This document shows, piece by piece, positions 25,493-39,645 of a stretch of 64,000 nucleotides of DNA; positions within the stretch are counted from its first letter, which is position 1, and each line of letters begins with the position of its first letter. The translations under genes and the position numbers were made by a program. The stretch comes from Octopus sinensis (Eukaryota): assembly GCF_006345805.1 (NCBI RefSeq), contig NC_043001.1, positions 35,898,001 through 35,962,000 on the forward strand. Reading direction: 5' to 3'. The notes beneath the pieces were generated by a model. The model did not search any database. It saw only the letters and a list, made by a program, of their open reading frames with translations, and was not told the origin of the DNA.

Positions 25493-25566
25493 GAGTTTGT
25501 TTTACATCGGCACCTGTGGTGAGACACGGAATCGTAAATATGATGGCTTAGCAATCTTCACAACAA
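25493..25566 (-). repeat. Inverted copy of the 15192-15266 repeat
   Basis: Reverse-complement match seen by eye. Confidence 0.8.
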
Positions 25567-25897
25567 TATGATCGATAAAACTCTAGTATGACTGCATTCC
25601 AATGGTAATAGCCGATAGCAAGAAAATAAAAGGAATAACATATATGTGTGTATGTATGCCTGAGTGTGTGCTACAAAAGAAAAACAAACAGTGACTTCGA
25701 AGTTTTGGCATGCTCACCTTCATCAATAGAAGGTTCGAAGTTACTGTCAAAATCTTCCTTGTAAACGTTTATAAAAATGTACTCCACTATGAGATTTTGG
25801 CATAACGTTAAAATAAAGGAATAATATAGATGTATATGTGTGTGTGCGTGTGTGCAAATATACATACATTCATATACATACATATATATATACATAT

Positions 25898-26046
25898 ACT
25901 CTTTTACTTGCTTCGGTTATGTGACTGTGGCCATGCTGGAGCACCGCCTTTAAGTCGATCAAATCGACCCCAGGACTTATTCTTTGTAAGCCTAGTACTT
26001 ATTTTATCGGTGTCTTTTTTTGCCAAACCGCTAAGTTACGGGGACG
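25898..26046 (-). mobile_element. SINE family A, right half only
   Basis: CTTTTACTTG...GGCCATGCTGGAGCACCGCCTTT...CCGCTAAGTTACGGGGACG. Confidence 0.88.
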
Positions 26047-26056
26047 GTGCATATCC

Positions 26057-26087
<31 letters not shown>

Positions 26088-26654
26088 TATGCATACACAC
26101 ACAAGTCTACGCATATAAACAGGAAGGAAATATACAAATAGCACTACAATTTCGAGAAGTGATGTAAAAGATAGTGTAGGAAAAGGACTGCGTGAGGTAA
26201 GACAGAAATCTGTAAAAGAATGAGGATTTGAGTGGGTAAGCGAGTGAGTGAGAGACAGAGAGAGAGAGGGAGAGAGAGAGAGACAGACAGACAGACAGAG
26301 AGAAAGGAATTAAACGTTGAATGGGGATGGGGGATAAGAAAACGACAGCTGGTAAACTGTAGAGCAATGGCGACAACATGACAAGGGAGACGTCAGAATG
26401 AAGACGAGTTGTGAGGTGCCAAAGCTAAGATGTCTCCAGAAGAAATATGACAAGAAAGCCGTGGGGGTCACCTCAGAGTGAACACTCAAAAGAAAAGAGG
26501 GTCGAGACAAAGGAAATTCCAGCTCTGATAGATTTAATGGTCTTCTCGAACATAAAATGTTTTAGTGCTTATGTAACTCACATAGATGAACCGTTCACTC
26601 TTCACCGGACTTATATTTATATGCGCATGTGTGAGTGCATGCGAAGCATATATT

Positions 26655-26678
26655 CACACACACACACACACACACCAC

Positions 26679-26715
<37 letters not shown>

Positions 26716-26853
26716 ATATATATATAATACATACATACATATATATAAAAATATATACATCCATATGTATATATATAACAACAAAATAATAAATAAAACA
26801 TATGCATATATACATACATATATGTACATACCTATATATATGGTTGTATACGT

Positions 26854-26894
<41 letters not shown>

Positions 26895-26996
26895 TATATA
26901 TATATATATATAAATACATACATACATGTATGTGTATATTTATGTCTGTGTGTATGTATATATATGTATATGCATATATATATAGGTTGTATACGT

Positions 26997-27032
<36 letters not shown>

Positions 27033-27130
27033 CATACATATATATATATATGCATATACATATATATATACATACACACAGACATAAATATACACATACA
27101 TGTATGTATGTATTATATATATATATATAT

Positions 27131-27166
<36 letters not shown>

Positions 27167-27229
27167 CCTATATATATATAAATATATTATAAATTATTAT
27201 ATATATATAAATATATTACATAAAAAATG

Positions 27230-27260
<31 letters not shown>

Positions 27261-27293
27261 ACACACACACACACATATATATACATATATATA
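26655..27293. repeat. (TA)n-rich compound microsatellite
   Basis: Read directly from the sequence. Confidence 0.9.
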
Positions 27294-27760
27294 GAGGGGG
27301 GTGTTTGCATGTATGAATCAGATACATGAGATAGTACATGTGTATCATTCTATGTGTGTGCTTGTGCATTTGTGGTAGCATGTGTTCATGTATGTGTATG
27401 TGGTTAGGTGTGCGTGTATGTCATATTGAGTATTTGTTAATTCCCGATTTGAGATTTACAAGAGACACGACCGCTATGTCACTTCCCATTCGCACCCATA
27501 GTTATGACTATATGCGTAGATATCTAGTTTCGAAGCGCTTAAACCAATACAGATACACGTCTGCGCCTTCATATGTGGCTTTACATGTGTACATAGATAT
27601 ATTTTTGTGTATGTGTGTCAGAGGGAGAGACAGAGAGAAGGAGAGAGAGAGAGACAGAGAATATGGTGTTTATGTGAGTGAATACCATTGTGTATTCATC
27701 CAATTGTTTACAAACACCATTGTAAATATGGTTTAGCACACATCATACTCATACTATGTA

Positions 27761-27795
<35 letters not shown>

Positions 27796-27973
27796 TAGGA
27801 ATATGCATGCGAATACACATGTTTATACTGGTATGGTTATTTTAGATCCGAGGCAAATATTCAAACGGACACAATTACTCACGGACGCAATGCACAAAAT
27901 ACATTTTTCGCATACCATATACATACAAACACAAACACACACACACACACCCACACAACCACACACACACCAC

Positions 27974-28044
<71 letters not shown>

Positions 28045-28096
28045 TATATATTAATATAATTACATACATACATACATACATAAATACATACATAAA

Positions 28097-28229
28097 TCTC
28101 TCTGTTTAAGAGCGTAGGCTCGAAACGTAAAGACTTTTTCACTTCCCGAGTGTTAAACTATTACATCTGTTTGTTGTCTACAGTGCATGTCTTCGTCTTT
28201 TGTTTTCGTTTGTGAATTCTCTCTCCCCC
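28097..28229 (+). mobile_element. Family C element, copy 4, truncated at the hammerhead-like motif
   Basis: TCTCT-CTGTTTAA-GAGC-GTAG-GCTC-GAAAC-GT-AAAGA...CTCTCCCC, followed by (TA)n. Confidence 0.7.
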
Positions 28230-28289
<60 letters not shown>

Positions 28290-29595
28290 ACTTTGATACA
28301 CACATATATACTCACATACATACATATTTGGTGGGGCAGTGTATCTACAGCAAATTTAGACGAATGTTGCACACGTTTCAACCGACATCAACTGACATTT
28401 GAAAAATATATATCTACATAGAAACACGAACATATATACAACCTTACACGCATGTTTGCAAATCTTGTGGATTTTCTCTCCTTGTTTACGTAGCATGTTA
28501 GGGTTAAATATTATTTTCACACACCTGCGTGAGGTCTTCAATGCATGAACGCCTGCATGCGCACATTTGAGTGCAAAAGATCGTTTATACGTATTTCATT
28601 TTATGTTACATCGATAACTGTTAAAATCATTTCTTTTTATACTTTATTTTTATGTTTATATTTTTTTTTTAGCAATCAAGAAATTTTTGGAAATAAAAAT
28701 ATCTGTGTAAATGTATTCAATCTGTTCCACACATTGGAGGACGAAATTATCGCTGAGGAAATATCACTGATAAGTTTAAATAGTAATTATCATGGAGACC
28801 ATGACTTATATTTCACCTCGGCTATTATGACGTGATATACACACATACATACATACATTTATATGCGTGTATGTATTAATCAAAGTACACAGTATCATAA
28901 GATGTATTACAGGCGACCTTGCCAATCGGTTTCACACTGCGTTGTAAAACCGGATGTTAGATAATAGCACGGTTAAATATCACATTCTCTTCAGGGATTT
29001 CAGGTATGCCAAAATCAAAAATACAGTGATATATATATTTACGTATATGTGTGTGCGTAAGCAAGCGCACATGTATCTACATAAATGTATACATGTTTAC
29101 GTACACCATATACAGAGAGAAAGCAAGAAATGAGAGAGAGTTAAAGAGAGCTCCTAAATATTCTTGTGTGTCAGTTTAAAGGACTCAGTCTGAAAGCTGT
29201 CAATGCAGTCATTATTTTTACTGCTAATTCGTCACAGCTTTAGCTTGTGACGTCAATAATATTGTTGGCTCATATCAGAATCATTGTCCAATGTCCGAAT
29301 AAAGCATATTCCAAAAATGTCTTACATATCTTTAGTAAAATATTGAACCGTCAATATTCTCTGAATACTCACTGAGCCATTCTTTCAACAACAAATTTAT
29401 TGGTAACCAAGACGTTTTATATTTTTAGTTCACTATAGTTAGTTGTTTTAATACCCGGTAGACAAGCAATCTAAGTAAGTTATCATTTACCATTTTGAAT
29501 CTGTCTCAACTATTCCACATGTAAAATAATTGCATGTCTTCTTTCCACATTCTAACACATTGAAGGTAACAGCGTCAAAAACATTAATATAATAT

Positions 29596-29650
<55 letters not shown>

Positions 29651-29735
29651 TAGATAGATAGATAGATATAGATATAGATATAGATATAGATATAGATATA
29701 GATATAGATATGTATATGTATATATATATATATAT

Positions 29736-30039
29736 GTGTGTTTTTATTGGCTAAACTGGCAAAATGACCATTCCTAAATACAACAATATATATATATATA
29801 TAATATATTGTTGTATTTAGGAATGGTCGTTTTGCCAGTTCAGCCAATAAAAACACACGCACTATATATTTGGTGTTACTTTGCTTCAGCGTTATTTATT
29901 TTTTACATTAATCTTAATCTTATTTCGGCCAGAGTTCTTTCGTCACACTCCTGTGACCGCATCAGTGGTCCTTTGCTTTCTTCTTTCTTATTTGTGTGTC
30001 TCTCCTTACTAACCGTCAACCATTTTGTATTTCTATTGT
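29736..30039 (-). mobile_element. Penelope-like terminal-repeat element (family D) with inverted duplicate of its end
   Basis: 51-bp inverted arms at 29736-29786 and 29808-29858 surround a TA spacer. A hammerhead fold lies at 29927-29970 and AATAAA follows it on the minus strand. TA tracts on both sides. The same end sequence recurs at 47622-47704. Confidence 0.65.
29927..29970 (-). ncRNA. Type I hammerhead-ribozyme-like motif (CUGAUGC variant)
   Basis: GACCA-CUGAUGCG-GUCAC(AGGAGU)GUGAC-GAAAG-AA-CUC-UGGCC: stem I CCA/UGG, 5-bp stem II, 2-bp stem III, CUC cleavage triplet. Confidence 0.6.
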
Positions 30040-30349
30040 ATATATATATATATGCAATATGTATGTGTGTGTGCATGTGTATAAATTCCTTACTTGAAAT
30101 GCTTTTCTTTGCACCCATAGTTAAAAATAGCCAAGTCGATAGAAAGACTTTCAAAGATTATTTTTCATAATTAGATTCGTAGTAATCGGTCTTGAACTGG
30201 ATCTGAATGGCTCTGCATTGTGCAATAATTCTGCATTGCAGTGTACCAACGTATAAGGCAAAGCGTCAGAAACCGTACTGATGCATAAACACATGTATAC
30301 AAGTCTGTATACTTATATACTGCATCGGATGGAAACCTTAGAGTATCTC

Positions 30350-31300
30350 TTGCGGTTTTCTGTACATCCGGAGCTCAAATCATGCACATTGCACCAAGAG
30401 TAAATGATCGTTCGGAGCATGACAAAATCAGTAATAGGCATGGTAACTGCTACATTAAGTAACAAGGTATTTGGTCAAAATACTTAATAAACTGATCATC
30501 AGGGAATTCACAATATATGGTAAACTTTCAAGGCTTGAGATAGCCCAAGTTCTTAAACTGTTATAAATATTTTTAACGAACCACGCACAAACGAGTGCAA
30601 CTGGTGGATCAAAATCACAGCTAGGTTATCTTATTCATTTATGATGAAACTGTTGAAGAAAATATAGGTACAAAGTTAGGCGCAGGGGTGGCAGCGTGGT
30701 AAGTAGCTTGCTAACAAACCACATGGTTCCGGGTTCATTCCCACTGCGTGGTACCTTGGGCAAGTGTCTTCTACTATAGCCTCGGGCCGACTAAAGCCTG
30801 GTGAGTGGATCTGGTAGACAGAAACTGAAAGAAGCCCGTCGTATATATGTATATATGTATGAATGTGTGTGTATATGTTTGTGTGTCTGTGTTTGTCCCC
30901 CCTAATATCGCTTGACAACCGATGCTGGTGTGTTTACGTCCCCGTAACTTAGCAGTTCAGCAAAAGAGACCGATAGAATAAGTACTAGGCTTACAAAGAA
31001 TAAGTGTTGGGGTCGATTTGCTCGACTAAAGGCGGTGCTCCAGCATGAATACAGTCAAATGACTGAAACAAGTAAAAGAGAAAAAATGGAATAAACTTCA
31101 CACAATCAGCAAATAAGAGCGTGTTTTCAACCATAAACGTCTTTGTGTTTCCATCGAAGACAAAAATGTAAGCCAACAATGAAGAATCAGAAAACGATGG
31201 TGCGGAAGCTTGTAAGAACGACTGGGAGGTAATGGCGGAAATGATTACGGCAGACACGAAAACTGTTCTCAAAATTTAACAGAGTTATAGGTATTTCTAG
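30350..31300 (+). mobile_element. Possible decayed Copia-like RT/RNase H remnant interrupted by a SINE
   Basis: ACTGGTGGATCAAAATCACAGCTAGGTTATCTTATT reads TGGSKSQLGYLI, resembling the DG.SQ.GY.I RNase H motif. Other motifs are only weakly seen. Confidence 0.25.
30679..31080 (+). mobile_element. SINE family A, full length
   Basis: Matches the copy at 12434 from end to end. Confidence 0.92.
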
Positions 31301-31704
31301 AACCATAGCACAACCATTAAAAAAAGGCGTGATCCCTTTCTCCTAAACGTTGATGGAATAATGTACAAATAGTGATAACTCAATGTGACAATGTGGGCAT
31401 TAACAAACCAATTACTAGGTTAGCTGCTCAGTGGGGCAATTGTAAAAGAAACACCCATCAGGTGCATATTGCTGAAGTAATTCATTACATTCAACAGACT
31501 GCACAGTTCGCCACAGCAGTGTTCTATTCACAGAATGGCTTACATTTCATGGAAGAATGAAACGTATTACTAGTGGCCCTTGTTATTCATTTAGTCCCCC
31601 CTTTTTTTTCTCTCTTTTTGCATTTTGCTTATCTGCATTCACCATGCGTACATTTTGTGTAAACACTCTCATACACAAAGCTGTATGGATGTACGTGCAT
31701 ATAC

Positions 31705-32105
31705 ATGCAAACACACACACATAAACACACACACAATATATATATATGTGTATGTGTATATATATGTATATATATATTATATATATATATATATTATATA
31801 TATATATGTATATAGACATACATAAATATACGCACATATATACACAAAAATATAAATACAAATATACACATAGATATACATACACACGCATATATATATA
31901 CATGTATATGTGTGTATATACACATACAAATATATTTACATATATATACATACACACACACACATATATATATATTACATATATACGTAATTGTATACAT
32001 ACAGACATAGACACTCTCTCACACACACACACACAGACACATACACACACAATCACGTACACATGATCACACACACACGCGCACAAATATGATCACACAC
32101 ACACA
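31705..32105. repeat. (TA)/(CA) compound microsatellite
   Basis: Read directly from the sequence. Confidence 0.9.
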
Positions 32106-32732
32106 GATGCATACATGTGCTGTGTGTGTTCGCATATTTCTAGCTGTATTTATGTATGCATGTAGGCATAAAGGTAATTAGATATATATTTTATTCTGCT
32201 TCCATACGCCCATATATGTATTAGTGCGTAAGCACAAAAATAAAATGTTACCTGCCTATGTATGTGAATTTATCCGAGCACATTATATAAAACTATAAGA
32301 CCTTCTTTTGTACTCAAAGAAACAGTAAAAATAACAATAGTTTCATAAGACTATGCTTATACATAGTTATGTATTTTAAGTAAATATGCATATATAAGTA
32401 CACATGACTGTAATTGTATGTTGGTAGAAAAGAACAAATATGTGAAAGCGTGCCTTTGGCGAACGTTTCTACGCTTAAGTTTGTATGTGTGTGTATGAAA
32501 ATAGAGTGTCGTTGTCTCGGGAGGACAGAGTTTTACCAAACATGGCACCAGTAAATAATGAAGAGGTGAATGGAGTGCGTCAAAAATATAAAACACAAAT
32601 AAACATGGGGGAAATGCTTATGTAGGAAAGACAAACAGTGGAGGTAAGGAAGCGCGTGTATATGTATACACAGACTAATACAAACACGTATAGATACATA
32701 TTTACATATAATATGCCCTCATATACCTAAAA

Positions 32733-33332
<600 letters not shown>

Positions 33333-34188
33333 CTTATACCATTAAATATAGATATATTATATGTGTAAATGTATGTGTTTGAGTATATATGTTCATAACA
33401 CAGATCTACATACATATATAAAAAGATATAGAGTGTGTATATTTCTATGTGTAACTAGAAGCGTGCATAAATGTTCAAAATTATAAACAAAACAATGATG
33501 GAAAAGACATAAGCGTATATTCGAGAATTTGCAATATATAGCAGATGGTGTTAGATAGAAATACTTAGGCTGTGTAAGATTTAAATCAATATATGTCATG
33601 TAGAGTCTAATATGTTAGTCAATGAATGTACTAAACCACTGAAGTAGGGCAGTTGATATCGTTCACTCCTTAGATATCAGTATAATATAATATATATATA
33701 TATATATTATATTATATATATACATATATATATATATACATACACATACATACACACACACACATATAAATTTATAGATATATATATATACACATACATA
33801 TATATAGTGTCAGGGTACCAGTACTGATTTTTAAACCAGGTACTGAAAATCAGCCGACTTGATATTGTTGAACAGCCAATATATGTATATATGTGTGTGT
33901 GTGCGTGCGTGTGTGTGAGTGCGTGTATACATATCCGCATATATATACATATATACGCCTATATATATATATATATACATATACACATATATATGCATAC
34001 ACATATACATATATATAATATGTATATATACACATACGTAGATACATATACATACATACATACATAGATGCATACATACATATATGCATACATACATACA
34101 TGCATACATATATACAATCATACATACATACATGCATACATATATACATGCATACACACATACATACATACATACATACATACATGAA

Positions 34189-34315
34189 CAAATCCACCCA
34201 CAAGGCTTCGTCTCGCCCGAGGCTCTAGTAAAAAGATTCTTGCCCTAGGTTTCGCGCAGTGAGACTGAACTTAAAACCTCGTAGTCGGAAAAGTGAGATT
34301 CTTAACATACAGCCA
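34189..34315 (-). mobile_element. SINE family A, old left half abutting a (TACA)n tract
   Basis: CAAATCCACCCACAAGGCTT...CCCGAGGCT...CGCAGTGAGACTGAAC...ACAGCCA. Confidence 0.75.
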
Positions 34316-34933
34316 TCCACTCGGCGATGACTGGAAGCTCGCGGCAATCAGACGAACAATCTTGGCGTTATGTACTACATGAAGAATAAATATACAATCA
34401 ATCTCACACACCAACACATATTTACATCTTGAAATATTCTATTTATATGTAAATAAAAACAAACGCAATGCAATGATTTTTTTTATGCAAGTCACGAGTT
34501 ACGTCTTCAGCTGCCTGTCACTCCTCTTTACGTCTATATGGTCGTGATGTGTTCACGTCGCCTATCGCTGTGGTCTCTTAGGGAAATGAATGGAACGAAA
34601 TCGGGAATGCAAGGAAATTCAGAAAGAAGTGAAGAAGTGAATGTGATACGCACTACGAGCGGCCAAAGCAAGAGTGTGAATCAGATTTTCAGTGGGAGGC
34701 AGCTACTGTAGAATCTAAAGAAATTTTTTAAAAGGAATTTCTACTTCTGAAAACATTACTATGCTTGTGTGCCTTTAAAATAACACCACCAGACGATATT
34801 TGAATAGCACTCTTTAATAGATTTTTTTGCAGAAATATAGCAACTCAGACAATTTTGACAAAAAAAAAAAGATGTAACAATACTGAAGTTTCTGCTGTTG
34901 AAGTGTATTTACTCTGTTGTATTTTCATCGTCT

Positions 34934-35268
34934 GTTGTTGTTGTTGGTGGTGGTGGTGGTGTTGTTGTTGTTGATGGTGGTGGTAGTGGTGGTGGTGGTG
35001 GTGGTGCTGCTGCTGCTGGCGGTGGTGGTGGTTGTGGTGTTGGCGGCGGTGGTGGTGTTGGTGTTGGCCGCGGTGGCGGTGGTGTTGGCGGCGGCGGTGG
35101 TGGTGGTGGTGGTGGTGGCGGTGTTGGCGGCGGCGGTGGTGGTGGTGACGGCGGCGGTCTTGGTGGTGGTGGTGGTGGTGGTGGTGGCGGCGGCGGTGGT
35201 GGTGGTGTTGTTGATGATGATGATGATGATGATGAATATGATGGTGGTGGTGGTGGTGGTGTGGTTGT
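34934..35268. repeat. (GGT/GGC/GTT/GAT)n trinucleotide tract
   Basis: Read directly from the sequence. The poly-Gly and poly-Val ORFs are by-products. Confidence 0.95.
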
Positions 35269-35991
35269 TTTTATGACGTTATTATTTGTTTGTTGGTAGA
35301 GTTGGCCTGTGGTGGCATTATTAAATATGGCGACAGGGGCGCTGGTATATAAAAATACGATGTGTAGATTCTTCTGTGTAAAAATCTATTATTTCCAAAT
35401 TTATGTCTCTGTGTAACAGACATAAATGTGATCAATATGTCGGCCATGTTGTTTCAAAATAATCTTTCAGTTGTAAGCTGAAAGGACGGATTGGTGGCAG
35501 GTGGAGGTAGTGGTGGTGGATAAAAAAAAGCGGCAAGTATTTTTATAAGTGGACCAACACAATCATATTAGAAATCAGTTTTCAATACACACACATATGT
35601 GTATATATATATATATATAGTTGTTGATATCGATTGCATTGTCGACCGTGGATAGTGTTCTTGGCAATGTAGATATTGTTGTTATTTGTTATTTACTAGC
35701 GGTGGCGTTTATTTTTGCGAACCGCTTGTTATATTCGTTTCTCCTCCTGTGATTTATCCTCGATAAATTAACATTGTTGGACTTTGGGCCCCTAATTAAT
35801 TCTGATCAATTAAACGTTTGCAAGCGTTATCAGCTCACCGTTTCAAAGACATGTAGTAGTAGGTCTATACGTTTACCTTAAGTAGACCTTGTGTTTCGTA
35901 AGATGATTGACTGCTGCTTCTAGCAGGACCGACATTTTGGGTACGCTTTATATTTGTTATATTTGTTGTTATTATTAGGGGTGATAATTAA

Positions 35992-36575
35992 AGCGGCGAG
36001 TTAGCTTAATCGTTAGCACGCCGGGTAAAATGCTTGGCGGCATTTCGTCCGTTTTTACGTTCTGAGTTCAAATTCCGCCGACGTCCATTTTGCCATTCAT
36101 CCTTTCGAGCTTGTTAAAATGAGTACCGGTTGAGTACTGGGGTCGATGTAATCGACTTAGCCCCTTCCCTCAAATTTCAGACATTGTACCTTTAGTTGAA
36201 AGGGTTATTAGTGGTAATAAACTTTCATCCTTTCAGGGTTGATAAATTAAGTACCAGTCAAACTGAAGGGTCGACGTCATCGACTGGTCCCTTCCCCCAA
36301 GATTTCAGGCCTTGTGTCTATAGTAGAAAGGATTATTAGTGGTAATAAGTAAAGCAGCGAGCTGGCGGAATCATTAGCATACCAAGCACAATGTGTAGAG
36401 GCATCTCTTCCGAGTCTTTACGTTCTGAATTCAAATTCTGCCGAGGTCGACTTCGTTTCTCATCCCTTTCAGGGTCGATGAAATAAGTACCAGCTCAGCA
36501 CTGAAGTCGATCTGATCGACTGTCCCTTTCAACCAAACTTTCAAGCCGTTTCTCCTATAGCGTAAAGAGTAATTA
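35992..36575 (+). mobile_element. Tandem cluster of three SINE family B units (about 35992-36210, 36222-36340 partial, 36352-36575)
   Basis: TTCATCCTTTC..G.TCGAT.AAAT.AGTACCAG occurs three times. TTATTAGTGGTAATAA joins the units. Confidence 0.85.
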
Positions 36576-36955
36576 GTAATTAGTATACATGTGTGTATTG
36601 CTAACAGTAATTGTTACAGTCGTTCAATTCTGAGTCACCCTTGAATGAGCAGACCTATGATCAAAATTGCTCTAACCTATCTCACCCTTGATTTTGTCCA
36701 AACATATTTCACCAAAAATTATATACATTATCTAATACATGTGACTTCAGATTTCTCTGCTATATTTAAAATAACAACGACCACGTAGAAGCTTTCTTGT
36801 TGGTTTTGTGTTGGTGTCGTTGTTGCTTTGTCCTACATAAACCCTGAAGAAGCACACTTATTATCAAAAGCACTACATTCTATTTTCAGTGTTCCTTGGT
36901 ATCCATTATCGAAAAGTACTTCCTTTTACTTCCTTTCACAAAACTGTAAAATATA

Positions 36956-37502
36956 TTGGGTTGTCCGGAAAGTTCGTGCCGATTTATAGCAGCTTACATT
37001 TCGACTTATTTTAGAACTTGGTTGAATCCATAAAATAGGATTTGACTACACCTTCATTTAGAGCACAGATTAAGCTATCTTTTCGTGGAAGAAGGTTTAT
37101 GTTCATATAACCTGTGTTAATTCTGTAACCCTTTAAAATAGAAGATAAGAAAGTTCATTTTCGGCACTTGATGTTTTGGGAACCAGACAAACATTGCTGC
37201 AGCTCAGCTGGGATGTGTTACCCCTCACCCTCCATATTCGCCAGATATTGCTCCTTCGGATTTCCACTTATTCAGGTCTCTGCATAATGGTATAAATTTC
37301 AATTCCTTGGATGATGTAAAAAGATACCTTGATGAATTCTTTGCCATGAAACTGCCTCAATTCTGGGAAGAGGGTATTTTCAAGTTAAAGGAAAGATGGA
37401 GACTCATTGTGCAACAAAATGGTTGATTAAAAATGTAATGGCAAGTATTTATTGACTTTTTCTTTCTTTTAAAAATTGGCACGAACTTTCCGGACAACCC
37501 AC
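36956..37502 (+). mobile_element. Internally deleted mariner (Tc1/mariner) transposon
   Basis: About 30-bp TIRs TTGGGTTGTCCGGAAAGTTCGTGCCGATTT and AAATTGGCACGAACTTTCCGGACAACCCAC, with TA on both sides. Transposase fragments EDKKVHFRHLMFW and HPPYSPDIAPSDFHLFRSL are present. Confidence 0.95.
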
Positions 37503-38403
37503 TATATTATCCACAGTAGATTGAGATGCTATATCTATAAAGTCGAGTCACCACACCACGTTGCATAGCATTAGTAGTTGTAATCGTTGTGACTACAGTG
37601 GATTACAATTTTGGAATTGTTATGATTGGTTTTCGTGTTTGTTTTGACAATTGTCGATATTTTCTGCAAAGTGAAAACGAGTGAAGCTCATGAAAATTTG
37701 ATTCGAAACGTTGATGAGTTTTGACTCTTTGGTCGTTGACTATGTTTGTATTGGTAATTGGAGCTTGCTTGCTTTAAATATTTTAAACGTTTTTATGTTG
37801 ACGTTGTAACAATATTACAGTTGTTTGTAGCAGTCACTGCTTTTCCACCTGCCATCCTCTCTCTGTCTTTTTTCTTTTTCTCTTTCTCTCTTCTTTTTCT
37901 CGAGTCAAAAACGAGTAAATGATGGGATAACAACCTCGATGAAACGGTTGTAATTGTTAATTTACAATTGTTCTTCTCCTGGTGCGGGTAACTATAGCAG
38001 CAAAACGTATGTTTTGGAATGCTTGTTTTAAATTTCATTTCTTCCATTTCTCTCTCCTTTAACAAGATTTACAAAGTAGCTGGGAAAACTGGGAAAAGTT
38101 AAGAGTGCTTATTAAATGAAAATTTGCAAATTGCAAATACCGAAATAACACAAAAGAAATGAGAATCCTATTTTGGGATTGGATTGAACTGGAGGGGTTA
38201 GAAATTATTTCCTGTTGCCATTTATCGATTAGAATGGAGCCTGTGATGGTGAAAGGTCACATACCACCACCCATTGTGCAAATATGAACTGCTTAAAGAC
38301 CAAATTAATCCCATCAACAAAAACAAAGCCACCATTTATGAATTTTATTTTCATACGTAACTGTTTGTGTCTCATTTGTATAAAAGTTTAAGGGGTATAT
38401 ATA

Positions 38404-38436
<33 letters not shown>

Positions 38437-38566
38437 CATGATACATTAATGTGATACATGTGAATGTGTGTTTGCATGTATACGCACCGGTAGATGTTAA
38501 ATTGAGTAGGAAATTTTCACTAATTCTTAATTATCGAAAACAGAAGTAAAATATCTAAAACATATT

Positions 38567-38727
38567 GGCGCAAGAGTGGCTGTGTGGTAAGAAGCTTGCT
38601 TCCCAACCACATGGTTCCGGGTTCAGACCTACTGCGAGGCACCTTGAACAAGTGTTTTCTACTATAACCTCGTGCCGACCAAAGCTTTGTGGGGGAATTT
38701 GATAGATGAAACTGAAAGAAGCCTGTC

Positions 38728-38813
<86 letters not shown>

Positions 38814-39034
38814 GTGTCTTTGTGTCTGTACTTGTCTTCCCACCACCGCTTGACAGCCGGCGTTGGTGTGTTTACGTCCCTGTAATTTGGCGGTTCGGCA
38901 AAAGCGATTGAGAGAATAAGTACCAGGCTTAAAAAATAAGTACTGGGGTCGATTCAGTCAACTAAAATTTTAAGGCGGTGTCCCAACATCGCCGCAATCT
39001 AATGAAACAAGTAAAAGGTAAACGATAAAAGATA
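38567..39034 (+). mobile_element. SINE family A, older subfamily, full length
   Basis: Same layout as the copy at 12434 but more diverged, with an expanded internal (TA)n(TG)n. Confidence 0.9.
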
Positions 39035-39289
39035 CCGATTAATATACGTAAGAGAAAAAAGAAAATAATTTCGAGTGTGTGTGTATGTTTATGTGAGTAT
39101 ATTTAAGCTATGTATATGCAAGGTGAGCAGTAAATGCGCATGCCCCCCGCCACCCAACATTTTTATTGCAACAGCAATAACTAACTTAACTAGCTGCACT
39201 TTCCCAACTCGTTGCCTTGACAACATGATTTCCAACGCCTGCTCACTGGACCGGTAAATTTTAAATCGCCTCAGACAGACTACCGTATC

Positions 39290-39645
39290 CAGTGGAATGT
39301 TAAGAAAGAAAGTGTCTTAAAACAACTAACTCAGCCTTTGTACTGAGGTCCCTGTCTACAGAGCAATCCGTGTTTCGATTCCTTCGTATTTGTGTAGGAG
39401 ATGGATCACAGCCGATATATTGAAACTATAGACGCCTTTAAATCCTTTCCGTCATCTGGTGAGATAAGATGATAATACCCAAAGAAATCTTGCGTCAAAT
39501 CTAGATCAGTAGAAATTAATCCGAGCTACGAGTACATAGAAATCACTTCGTAGTTGACAATCCTTGATTTTAAACGCACCAAAAGAACTTCTACGACCGG
39601 CTGGACGACCAAAGAAGGCGGTTCACAGACTACCCTGAAGATTAA
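39290..39645 (+). mobile_element. Decayed RTE (BovB-like) LINE C-terminal remnant, probably continuing after 40060
   Basis: Fragments across frameshifts read HLVR*..IPKEIL and RPAGRPKK(R)FTD.LK, matching the GH..RM...R.PK..L and GRPK.R.KD.LK motifs of RTE elements. Confidence 0.5.

Noticed and set aside
30278-30328. Hairpin CTGATGCA...GTATAC-AAGTCT-GTATAC...TGCATCGG as a possible pre-miRNA
   Set aside because: The middle of the stem is poorly paired and no known miRNA is recognised.
34898-35299. Glycine-rich ORF resembling a structural protein
   Set aside because: It is a pure GGT/GGC microsatellite with a non-ATG start and no recognisable splice or signal-peptide context.
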